NCBI RefSeq assembly: GCF_002294185.1
Contig: NZ_DBFD01000050.1
Source: Paracoccus sp. UBA889
GTDB lineage: Bacteria; Pseudomonadota; Alphaproteobacteria; Rhodobacterales; Rhodobacteraceae
DNA length: 64,000 nucleotides
Strand: one strand, 5' to 3'
The notes below the pieces were generated by a model. The model searched no databases. It was not told where the DNA came from and was given only the letters and a program-made list of their open reading frames with translations. This document shows positions 9,606 through 18,185 of this stretch, one piece after another. Every line of letters starts with the position of its first letter. The first letter of the stretch is position 1. The translations under genes and the position numbers were made by a program.

Positions 9606-10546
9606 CAGTATTTCACCCTCTTGTCGACGACCAGATACAGAAGATCGGTCAGCAGGTTGACCAGCACATAAAGCCCCGCGACCACGATCAGCGTGCCCTG
9701 GATGACCGGGTAATCGCGCCGCAGCACCGCGTTCACGACCAGGTTGCCCATGCCGGGAAGGTTGAAGACCCGTTCGGTCACCACCGCCCCGCTGACCAGC
9801 AGCGCGAAGGTCAGGCCGATCACGGTGATGATCGGGATGCCCGCGTTCTTCAGCGCATGGCGCAGCACGACGCGGCGTTCGGTCATGCCCTTGGCGCGGG
9901 CGGTGCGCACGTAATCCTCGCCCAGGATGTCCAGCATCGAGGCGCGGGTAAAGCGCAGGATCAGCGCCGAATTGGTGATGCCCAGCGTGATCGAGGGCAG
10001 GACCAGATGCCACATCCGCGTGCCGAAGCCCGCGCCGGCGCCGCCATAGCCCGAGGCCGGGAACCAGCCCAGATCGGTCGCCAGATAGCGCTGGAAGATC
10101 AGACCGGTCAGGAAGCTGGGGACCGAGGCCGCCAGCATCGCCGTGGTGATCGAGCCCTGGTCCAGCACCGATCCGCGCCGATAGGCGGCCCAGATGCCGA
10201 TGGGCGTGGCGATGACCAGCGCCACCAGCAGCGAAAACAGTGCCAGAAAGGCCGTCGGCTCGGCCCGGCTGGCCAGAACCTGCGTCACCGGCTGGTTGAA
10301 GAACAGCGATTCACCGAGGTTGCCTTGCAGCGCGTTGCCCACGAAGGTCGCGTATTGCACCAGGATCGGCTGATCCAGACCCAGACGCCTGCGCAGCGCC
10401 ACCACCTCGTCGGGCGTGGCATCGGGGCCCAGCAGCAGCGAGGCCGGATCGCCCGGCGCAAGGCGCACCAGCACGAAGGCGATGGTCAGCACCAGGAAGA
10501 TGACGACGACCATGCCGATCAGGCGGCGAAGAAGATAGCGACTCAT
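9605..10546 (-). CDS. Peptide-type ABC permease (OppB-like)
   Basis: APGDPA, LGLDQP, DYVRTARAKG, RHALKNA, RDYPVIQG. Confidence 0.92.
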   Translation of the reverse strand: MSRYLLRRLIGMVVVIFLVLTIAFVLVRLAPGDPASLLLGPDATPDEVVALRRRLGLDQPILVQYATFVGNALQGNLGESLFFNQPVTQVLASRAEPTAFLALFSLLVALVIATPIGIWAAYRRGSVLDQGSITTAMLAASVPSFLTGLIFQRYLATDLGWFPASGYGGAGAGFGTRMWHLVLPSITLGITNSALILRFTRASMLDILGEDYVRTARAKGMTERRVVLRHALKNAGIPIITVIGLTFALLVSGAVVTERVFNLPGMGNLVVNAVLRRDYPVIQGTLIVVAGLYVLVNLLTDLLYLVVDKRVKY

Positions 10547-10635
10547 GGGGCGATCTCGCTTGCGGGCGGTGTTCGGGGGCCGGGCTTTCCGGGGCGCGCG
10601 GGCCGCGACCGCAAGGATCGCGACCCGTTTCGACC

Positions 10636-12144
10636 CTATTCGGCGGTGCTGGCGTTCCAGAAGGCCGGCCAGGGCGAGGGCCTGACACCGGACAGGTTTT
10701 TCGCCTTGCCCTGCAGCGCGTTGAAATTGCCGACCTTGATCAGACCCACGTCCTCGTAGGCGACCTTCTGCAATTCGGCATAGATTGCCTTGCGCTTTTC
10801 GGGATCGGTCTCGCGGGTGAAGCGGTCGAGGATCTCGTTCTTCTTGGGATTGTTCCAGCCCTCGCGCGCGGTGGCGAAGAAGGACGAGGTCAGCGCCGGT
10901 TCCGGCAGGAAGGGCGAATGGGTGATATACATGTCCCACAGGTCGGGGTTGTCGCGATTCTGCGCCAGCGTGGCCCAGTCAACCACGTCCATCTGCACGG
11001 TAAAGCCGGCCATCTCCAGCGCCATCCGCGCCACTTCGGCCATCTGGTAATGGAACTCGTATTGCCGCGAGGTCAGGATCCGCAGCGGCGTGCCGTCATA
11101 GCCGGCCTCTTTCAGATATGCGGCCGCCTTTTCCTGATCGTTGATGTTGTAGAGTTCGGTCCCCGCGTCGTTGCGCCATGTCCAGCCCTCGGGATAGAAG
11201 GCGCCGTCGGTCTGGAAGAATTTCTCGTCCCCGAAGGCCGCGAACAGCATGTCGTCGAAGGGCAGCGCGGCCTGCACCGCGCGACGGATGTTCAGATCGG
11301 TCATCAGCCCCTTCTTGTGATTGACCGCGAAGATCGGCCAGCCGAAGGGTTCCAGCAGCACCGGTTCGGCCACCTCGGATTTCGCGATGCGGTCATAGGC
11401 CTCGGTGGACAGGCTGTCGGCATAGTCGAACTGTCCCGACAGCAGCCCCTCGACCCGCGTGCTGGTGTCGGGCACGGGCACGAAGCGGATCTCGTCGGGG
11501 ATCTGCTGCCGCTTTCCCGCCGCTTCGCCGGGTTGGGTATAGCCGTCGAAGCGGACCAGTTGCGTGTACTGGTCGGGCTCATAGGCCTGAAGCTTGTAGG
11601 GGCCGGTGCCGATGGGCTTGTCGATCGTGTCGGCGATGATCTCCTCGGGATAGATCACGGCGGCGGAATTCGAGAAGGCCAGCAGCGACAGCAACGGCGA
11701 ATAGGGTTCGTTCAGGGTGATGGTGATCTCGTTCGGGCCGCCGGCCTTGATGCTGTCGATCTTGTCGGCGATGCCCTGACCGCGGCTGGCGACCTTTTCC
11801 CAGCGTTGCAGCGAGGCCAGCACATCGGCACTGTCCATCGCGGAACCGTCCTGGAACGACACCCCCTTGCGCAGCGGGATCGTGTAGGTCAGCCCATCTT
11901 CGCTGATCGTGGGCATGTCTGCGGCCAGCAGCGGCACCACGGCCCAGTTGTCATCGAAGGTGTACAGCGTTTCCATGAAATGCTGCGTCACGATGCTGAC
12001 GACATCCTTGGTGGACATCATCGGGTCGAACGTGTCCGGATCGCCGACGATGGCGACCTCGACGGTTCCCTGCGCGGCGACCGGCGCCGCGGCCGCGAAG
12101 GCAAGCACGGCCGAGCCGGCCAGGCAGACGGCACGAAATGTCAT
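10636..12144 (-). CDS. ABC substrate-binding protein, family 5
   Basis: Signal peptide MTFRAV...AAQ, ETLY, TYTIPLRKGVSFQDG, IGTGPYKL. Start re-picked at 12144 behind GGGAG. Confidence 0.9.
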   Translation of the reverse strand: MTFRAVCLAGSAVLAFAAAAPVAAQGTVEVAIVGDPDTFDPMMSTKDVVSIVTQHFMETLYTFDDNWAVVPLLAADMPTISEDGLTYTIPLRKGVSFQDGSAMDSADVLASLQRWEKVASRGQGIADKIDSIKAGGPNEITITLNEPYSPLLSLLAFSNSAAVIYPEEIIADTIDKPIGTGPYKLQAYEPDQYTQLVRFDGYTQPGEAAGKRQQIPDEIRFVPVPDTSTRVEGLLSGQFDYADSLSTEAYDRIAKSEVAEPVLLEPFGWPIFAVNHKKGLMTDLNIRRAVQAALPFDDMLFAAFGDEKFFQTDGAFYPEGWTWRNDAGTELYNINDQEKAAAYLKEAGYDGTPLRILTSRQYEFHYQMAEVARMALEMAGFTVQMDVVDWATLAQNRDNPDLWDMYITHSPFLPEPALTSSFFATAREGWNNPKKNEILDRFTRETDPEKRKAIYAELQKVAYEDVGLIKVGNFNALQGKAKNLSGVRPSPWPAFWNASTAE

Positions 12145-12156
12145 GTGAAGCTCCCT

Positions 12157-12241
12157 GATTTCCATTATTGTGTTATGTAATCCGCAGAAATGAGTAGAGA
12201 ATCACTCTACATAGAAGTCAACAATCATTCATTATTGTGTA
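12157..12241. promoter_or_regulatory. AT-rich promoter/operator region of the ABC operon
   Basis: GATTTCCATTATTGTGT (12157-12173), partial copy CATTCATTATTGTGTA (12226-12241), and palindrome GTAGAG-N5-CTCTAC (12194-12210). Confidence 0.5.
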
Positions 12242-12272
12242 CAGTAGGGGTCCGGGCGGCGCGACGCAGGCA

Positions 12273-13436
12273 TCAGATCGCCGCGCGGATTGCATCCAGA
12301 AGGGCCTGCTGCGCCCGTGTCGGCTGCCATCCGCTGCGCAGGGTCAGGCCGATGGGGCGCGGCACCGGCAGGCCGGGAAACGGAAGTTCCGCCACGATAC
12401 CGCGCTCGATCTCGCGCGCGGCCTGGGCTTTCGACACGCAGGCCAGATGGCGGCCGTCGCCGACCATCTCGCGCATCAGGATGACCGATCCGGTCTCGAT
12501 GATGCTGGCCGGCGGATCGAGATTCGAGTCGCGAAACAGCGCCTCGAACAGATCGCGGGTCGGCGTGCCGCGCCGTGCGACAAGCCAGGGCCGACATCGC
12601 AGGGCCGACAGCGGCGCGGGATTGTGGATCAGCGGATCATCCGGCCCGGCAAGGATAGCCAGCACGTCATCGAACAAGCGTTCCTGCACCACATCCCCGA
12701 CCGGAAGCGGCTGACGCAGCGCGCCGATGATCAGGTCGATCTCGCCCCGGCGAAGCCCCGCCAGAAGATCGCCATAGATCCCGTCCATGATGCGGATCGG
12801 CTGCCGGGGGCGGTCCTGGCGAAACCGGGCCAGCGCGCGCGGCAGGACATGGGCGCGCGACAGGGGCAGCGCGCCGATGACGATCCGACCCACCTCGCGG
12901 CCTTCCAGTTCCGCAAGCTCGGCCACGGCCTGATCCAGCTCCGCAAAGGCCAGTCGCGCCGCCAGCGCCAGCGCCGATGCCGGCCGCGAGGGCGCCACGC
13001 CGACCGCGCTGCGCTGGAACAGCGCCCGCCCCGCAGCAGCCTCGATCGCGGTGATCGCCCGGTGCAGGGTGGGCTGCGCGATCCCCAGCCGGTAGGCCGC
13101 CAGCGTGAAATTCTGCGTCTCGACGGCGGCGATCAGCGCGGTCAGCTGCGCCCGCGTCGCGGTCGTCCGAAGCCGCGGCGCGATGTCGGACATCGCCATG
13201 TCCAGACGTGCCAGCGCGCGGGCCGCGCGATGCTGGAAAAGGCGCCCCGCCTCGGTCGGGAACAGGCCCTGCCGGGTGCGCCGGAACAGGGCCGTGCCGG
13301 CCTGCGATTCAAGCTTGGCGATGGCCTGCGTCACGGCCGGTTGCGACACCAGCCCCGCCGCTGCGGCCCGCGTGACCGAGCCGCCCTCTGCGACCGCCAG
13401 GAAGACCCTCAGGTGGCGGAGGTTGCCGACAGGCAT
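12273..13436 (-). CDS. LysR family regulator with tandem N-terminal HTH domains (GalR/LigR-like)
   Basis: HTH1 (LRHLRVFLAVAEGGSVTRAA...SQPAVTQAI) and HTH2 (FTLAAYRLGIAQPTLHRAI), then a PBP2 domain (IVIGALP). Confidence 0.88.
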   Translation of the reverse strand: MPVGNLRHLRVFLAVAEGGSVTRAAAAGLVSQPAVTQAIAKLESQAGTALFRRTRQGLFPTEAGRLFQHRAARALARLDMAMSDIAPRLRTTATRAQLTALIAAVETQNFTLAAYRLGIAQPTLHRAITAIEAAAGRALFQRSAVGVAPSRPASALALAARLAFAELDQAVAELAELEGREVGRIVIGALPLSRAHVLPRALARFRQDRPRQPIRIMDGIYGDLLAGLRRGEIDLIIGALRQPLPVGDVVQERLFDDVLAILAGPDDPLIHNPAPLSALRCRPWLVARRGTPTRDLFEALFRDSNLDPPASIIETGSVILMREMVGDGRHLACVSKAQAAREIERGIVAELPFPGLPVPRPIGLTLRSGWQPTRAQQALLDAIRAAI

Positions 13437-14293
13437 AGCGCCTCTTCGATCATCGCCAGGCGCTGCATCAGGTCGCCCTCGCGCTCGTGCAGGCCCAGAT
13501 CGCCGATCCTTTGCTGCCATGCGACCGTGGCGCGGGCGAGATCCGCGGGCAATCCCAGCCCTTCGACGGTCTTGGCGACCTCGCGCATCTCGGCGGCGCG
13601 GCGCAGCCCGTGCTGCATCATCCGTTCGGTATTGTAGGCGGCCTTCGCCGCCCAGTCCGTGGCCGGATCGGAGGCTTGCAGCGAATCCAGCACATCCTGC
13701 AGAACGCCCGCCCGTCGTGCCGACAGAAGGCATTCCGCGGCCAGCGCCTCCATCCCCTTGATCATCACCGAGCGGATCATCTTGATCGCCGAGGCCGAAC
13801 CGATGCGGGGGCCGCGCCAGCGATACTGCATGTTCATGCGATCCAGGAAGTCCAGCGCCGTTTCGGGGCCCGCGATCAACAGCGGCGTGCGGTGCAACCG
13901 GGGTCGGATCGGCGCCATGATCGCCATATCGACATAGGTTGCGCCGGCATCGCCGATCATCGTCGCCGCCTCGCGCTTGCTGTCGGGGGCGCAGGAATTT
14001 CCGTCATACCAGACGCTTGCCGCCGCCAGATGCGGTGCCGCCTGCCGGGCGGCCTCGACCGCCTGATCGGCGGTGACGAGGCACAGGACATGCCGCGCGC
14101 CCGCCAGCACGACAGGGGCCGGCCCGCAGGCGACATCCAGATCCGTCGCGGCATCGCGAAGGGGCTGCGCCTGGGCGCCATCCAGCTTGGTGTCCCAGGC
14201 CGCGATGGCACCGGCAAAGCCCTCGTCACGCCAGCCCTTCGCGACCGCGCGGCCGGCCTCTCCGAAGCCGATGAAGGCGATTTCTGCGCTCAT
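13409..14293 (-). CDS. NAD(P)-dependent oxidoreductase, 6PGDH/3-hydroxyisobutyrate-DH-like, with DUF1932-type C-terminus
   Basis: Rossmann motif IAFIGFGEAG, DGNSCAP, ASAIKMIRSVMIKG, HGLRRAAEMREV. Confidence 0.8.
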   Translation of the reverse strand: MSAEIAFIGFGEAGRAVAKGWRDEGFAGAIAAWDTKLDGAQAQPLRDAATDLDVACGPAPVVLAGARHVLCLVTADQAVEAARQAAPHLAAASVWYDGNSCAPDSKREAATMIGDAGATYVDMAIMAPIRPRLHRTPLLIAGPETALDFLDRMNMQYRWRGPRIGSASAIKMIRSVMIKGMEALAAECLLSARRAGVLQDVLDSLQASDPATDWAAKAAYNTERMMQHGLRRAAEMREVAKTVEGLGLPADLARATVAWQQRIGDLGLHEREGDLMQRLAMIEEALCLSATSAT

Positions 14294-14354
14294 GTCGATT
14301 TCCTTTCGAAACCTGGCGGAATATTGCCCCGCCGGGCCGCGCCCGCCAACCCGT

Positions 14355-14371
14355 CATAGCCGGAACTTATG
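14355..14371. promoter_or_regulatory. LysR-type T-N11-A dyad (CATA-N9-TATG)
   Basis: CATAGCCGGAACTTATG in the divergent oxidoreductase/galB intergenic. Confidence 0.55.
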
Positions 14372-14449
14372 CATTGGCGTGGATTTCTGAATTGCCTGCG
14401 GTGGGGCCGGGATGCGATCTGGTCGGCAGCACAACTCAGGGAGAATGGA

Positions 14450-15181
14450 ATGCCGGAGCCCGGAACCGCGCTGGTCTTCAGCGCCCATGCCGCGGATTTC
14501 GTCTGGCGCTGCGGCGGCGCCATCGCGCTGCATTCCCGGATGGGGTATCAGGTGACGGTGGCCTGCCTGTCCTTTGGCGAACGCGGCGAAAGCGCGCGGC
14601 TGTGGAAGGACGGCAAGGCGCTGGACCAGATCAAGGCAATCCGCCGGGCCGAGGCCGAGGCGGCGGCCGAGGTGCTGGGCGTGCACCGGCTGGAATGTTT
14701 CGATCTGGGCGATTACCCGCTGCATCTGGACCGCGAGGACAAGTTCCGGCTGGTCGACCTGATTCGCGAGGTGCAGCCGCGCTTCATGCTGAGCCACAGC
14801 CAGCATGATCCCTACAACACCGACCACATGCAGACGACCCAGGTGGTGCTGGAATGTCGCATGGTCGCGCAGGCCTGGGGTCACGATCCCGGCCAGAAGG
14901 TGCTGGGCGCACCGCAGCTTTACCTGTTCGAGCCGCACCAGACCGAACAGATGGGCTGGAAACCCGACACCTTCCTCGACATCACCCCGGTCTGGGACCA
15001 GAAGCGGGCCGCGATGGAACAGATGAACGGACAGGCCCATCTGTGGGAATATTACACCCGCGTGGCGCAGCAGCGCGCCAACCATTTCAAGCGCAATTCC
15101 GGCGGTCAGTCGGGCGGGCGCGATTGCCGATATGCCGAAGGATTCCAGTCGATCTTTCCCCGAACCGTGGACGAATTGTGA
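14450..15181 (+). CDS. galB: 4-oxalomesaconate hydratase (PIG-L family)
   Basis: SAHAADFVWRCGGAIALH, SFGERGESA, DPYNTDH, FEPHQTEQ, HLWEYYTRVA match P. putida GalB as I recall it. Confidence 0.92.
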   Translation: MPEPGTALVFSAHAADFVWRCGGAIALHSRMGYQVTVACLSFGERGESARLWKDGKALDQIKAIRRAEAEAAAEVLGVHRLECFDLGDYPLHLDREDKFRLVDLIREVQPRFMLSHSQHDPYNTDHMQTTQVVLECRMVAQAWGHDPGQKVLGAPQLYLFEPHQTEQMGWKPDTFLDITPVWDQKRAAMEQMNGQAHLWEYYTRVAQQRANHFKRNSGGQSGGRDCRYAEGFQSIFPRTVDEL

Positions 15182-15252
15182 TGCCTGAGGCCCCGATCAT
15201 CGGCAGGGTGGCGATCGAAGCCATGCTGCGGAAACCCTGGAAAGGCTGATTC

Positions 15253-15924
15253 ATGGCTGTTGTCGTCCAGAACATCGTCCGCGCCGACGCGGAAGTCATC
15301 GCCGGTCTGTCCGAGGTCGGCGTCGCGACCGTTCACGAGGCCCAGGGCCGTCGTGGCTGTCTGTCCAGCCGGATGCGGCCGATCTATCCCGGCGCCCGCA
15401 TCGCCGGCAGTGCCGTCACCATCAGCGCGCCGCCCGGCGACAACTGGATGGTCCATGTCGCCATCGAGCAGTTGCGCGACGGCGACATCCTGGTTCTTGC
15501 CCCCACCTCGCCCTGCGAGGACGGCTATTTCGGCGATCTGCTGGCGACCAGCGCGATGGCGCGGGGCTGCCGGGGGCTGGTGATCGACGCCGGCGTCCGC
15601 GATGTCCGCGACCTGACGGAGATGCGATTCCCGGTCTGGTCGCGGGCCATCAGCGCGCAGGGCACCGTGAAGGCAACGCCGGGATCGGTGAACGTGCCCA
15701 TCACCTGCGGCAATCAGGCGATCGAGGCGGGCGATGTGATCGTGGCCGATGACGACGGCGTCTGCGTCATCCGCCGCGCCGAAGCCCTGACCGTGCTGGC
15801 CGCTGCCCGCAAGCGGATCGAGGCCGAGGAGGCCAAGCGGCAGCGACTTGCCGCCGGCGAGCTTGGCCTCGACATCGATGACATGCGCGGCAGGCTGGAG
15901 GCGAAGGGGCTGCGCTACATCTGA
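15253..15924 (+). CDS. galC: 4-carboxy-4-hydroxy-2-oxoadipate (CHA/HMG) aldolase
   Basis: [50 protein letters not shown] (LigK/GalC family). Confidence 0.93.
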   Translation: MAVVVQNIVRADAEVIAGLSEVGVATVHEAQGRRGCLSSRMRPIYPGARIAGSAVTISAPPGDNWMVHVAIEQLRDGDILVLAPTSPCEDGYFGDLLATSAMARGCRGLVIDAGVRDVRDLTEMRFPVWSRAISAQGTVKATPGSVNVPITCGNQAIEAGDVIVADDDGVCVIRRAEALTVLAAARKRIEAEEAKRQRLAAGELGLDIDDMRGRLEAKGLRYI

Positions 15925-16010
15925 GGGGCGGGGGCGGTCCGGCCGCGGCGGGCCGAGCGCGGCCGCTTGGCCAAGAAAGGGTATTTGGGCAACGAAGAAG
16001 GGCTGAAAGG

Positions 16011-17069
16011 ATGCGCGACGAGGACGGGATTGCCTGCCTGTGGATGCGCGGCGGCACATCGAAGGGGGCGTATTTCCTGAAGGACGACCTGCCCGCCGAT
16101 CCGGCCGGCCGCGACGCCTTGCTGCTGTCGATCATGGGCAGCCCCGATCCGCGACAGATCGACGGGATCGGGGGCGCGGACCCGCTGACCTCGAAGGTCG
16201 CGGTCCTGTCGCGGCCCAGCCGTGCGGATGCGGATGTGGATTACCTGTTCCTTCAGGTCTTCGTCGACCGGGCCCTGGTCAGCGCCGCGCAGGGTTGCGG
16301 CAATATCCTGGCCGGGGTCGGCCCGGCCGCGATCGAACGAGGCCTGGTCCGCGTCGCAGGCGCGCAGACACCGGTTCGCATCCACATGGTCAATACCGGC
16401 GAGATTGCGACGGCCATCGTTCAGACCCCCGATGGCAGGGTCAGCTATGCGGGCGATTGCAGCATCGACGGTGTGCCGGGGCAGCACGCCCCGATCCTGC
16501 TGATGTTCGACGACGTGTCGGGGTCCATGTGCGGTGCCCTGCTGCCCAGCGGCCAGGCGGTCGATGTGATCGACGGGATCGAATGCACGCTGATCGACAA
16601 CGGCATGCCCTGCGTGATCCTGCGCGCCGATGCGGTCGGCCGGACCGGATGCGAGGATCGCGAGGCGCTGGATGCCGATGCCGAATTGAAGACGCGGCTG
16701 GAGGCGATCCGGCTGCAGGCGGGGCCGATGATGAACCTGGGCGATGTGCGCGAGAAATCGGTGCCCAAGATGACGCTGGTTTCGGCCCCGCAGGCAGGCG
16801 GCGCCATCTCGACCCGCAGTTTCATTCCGCATCGCTGCCATGCCTCGATCGGGGTGTTCGCGGCCGTCAGCGTGGCGACGGCCTGCACCTTGCCCGGATC
16901 GCCCGCCGCATCCGTCGCGCGGATGCCGCAGGGCGATGGAGTCGCCGTCGAACATCCGGGTGGCGCGGCCCAGCTGCGGCTGGAGCGCGACGATCAGGGC
17001 CGCGTAACCCGCGCCGGCGCGATGCGCACCGCGCGCAAGCTGTTCGACGGGCATGTCTTTCCCGCCTGA
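16011..17069 (+). CDS. galD: 4-oxalomesaconate tautomerase (PrpF family)
   Basis: MRGGTSKG, GSPDPRQIDGIGG, CGNILAGVGP, IDNGMP, SFIPHRCHASIGV, VEHP. Confidence 0.92.
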   Translation: MRDEDGIACLWMRGGTSKGAYFLKDDLPADPAGRDALLLSIMGSPDPRQIDGIGGADPLTSKVAVLSRPSRADADVDYLFLQVFVDRALVSAAQGCGNILAGVGPAAIERGLVRVAGAQTPVRIHMVNTGEIATAIVQTPDGRVSYAGDCSIDGVPGQHAPILLMFDDVSGSMCGALLPSGQAVDVIDGIECTLIDNGMPCVILRADAVGRTGCEDREALDADAELKTRLEAIRLQAGPMMNLGDVREKSVPKMTLVSAPQAGGAISTRSFIPHRCHASIGVFAAVSVATACTLPGSPAASVARMPQGDGVAVEHPGGAAQLRLERDDQGRVTRAGAMRTARKLFDGHVFPA

Positions 17070-17081
17070 GCGAGCCCGGTC

Positions 17082-18185
17082 TCAGCGAAGTCTGCGGAGC
17101 TGCGCCTCGCGCACCAGCGCCGCCATCCGGTAGAAGCCATGCGCCATCTTGGAATAGGGCGTGACCAGGAAGAAGGCCAGCACCAGCCCCAGATGCAGCG
17201 CCAGCAACGGGCCGGTCAGCGCCGTGCCCCGCAGCGCGTAGAGGACAAGTCCGGTCAACCCCGCCAGACCCAGCGTCCAGATGAAGGCATTCTCGCCCCC
17301 CGACCGGCCCGGCGCACCCAGTCCGGGATCGGCCTTGCCGCGCAGGACGATCATGCCGAAGCAGCCCGCCACCAGCAGCAGGCCGCCGGGAATGCCCAGC
17401 AGCTTGGGCAGTGAGAACAGGCCGTAGGGCGCCGGCATGTCCAGCAGGTAGTGCATCACCGTGGCCACGCTGGTCGCGGCGAAGCACAGCAGGAACCCGT
17501 ACATGATCGCCTGGTGCACATGACGCCGGGCATTGCTGTAGCGTTCGCCCTTTTCGAAGTTGCATCCCTGACCCTGCCCGCCCGACAGGTTCCGCATCGT
17601 CCCGGCCGAGATCGCGGCCTCGCGCAGATCATGCAGCGTGACGGCCTGCCCGCCGACCTCGTGCCAATAGGACCGCAATCCCATCGCGATGGCCGCCAGC
17701 GGCAACAGGAAGGCCGGCAGGAAGATCGCCACCATCGCGCCGTGGCCCAGCCAGGCATAGAAGCCCGGGCCTTCGCCCGGCAGGGCGGCGATGGCAAGGA
17801 TCATCGCAGCGATGCCCAGCACGATGGCCACGACCAGCCCGGCCGCGTGGCTTTGCAGCAGGCGGGCCAGCCCCGAGGGCCAGGCAAAACGTTCCCAGCT
17901 GTCGACCCGCGCGGCGCCGAGAGCCTTTGGCAGGTTCAGGTCGAATTCGTGCGGCGCGGTATATTGGCAGGCATGGTAGCATCCCCTGCAATTGTGGCAC
18001 AGATTGGCCAGTTGGGTGATGTCGCCGCTGGCAAAGACCTTGTTGCGGGTGATTGCCGGAAAGACCGAACAATAGCCCTCGCAATAGCGGCAGGCATTGC
18101 AGATCTCGATCTGGCGCCGGGCTTCCTGCACCGGATCGTCCGAAATGGCGCCGGGATCGGTCTGCAGGGTGACGTCAAGCGACAT
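17082..18185 (-). CDS. tcuB: Tricarballylate utilization 4Fe-4S membrane protein
   Basis: ICNACRYCEGYC and LCHNCRGCYHACQY clusters, HQAIMYGFLLCFAAT, PYSKMAH. Confidence 0.9.
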   Translation of the reverse strand: MSLDVTLQTDPGAISDDPVQEARRQIEICNACRYCEGYCSVFPAITRNKVFASGDITQLANLCHNCRGCYHACQYTAPHEFDLNLPKALGAARVDSWERFAWPSGLARLLQSHAAGLVVAIVLGIAAMILAIAALPGEGPGFYAWLGHGAMVAIFLPAFLLPLAAIAMGLRSYWHEVGGQAVTLHDLREAAISAGTMRNLSGGQGQGCNFEKGERYSNARRHVHQAIMYGFLLCFAATSVATVMHYLLDMPAPYGLFSLPKLLGIPGGLLLVAGCFGMIVLRGKADPGLGAPGRSGGENAFIWTLGLAGLTGLVLYALRGTALTGPLLALHLGLVLAFFLVTPYSKMAHGFYRMAALVREAQLRRLR

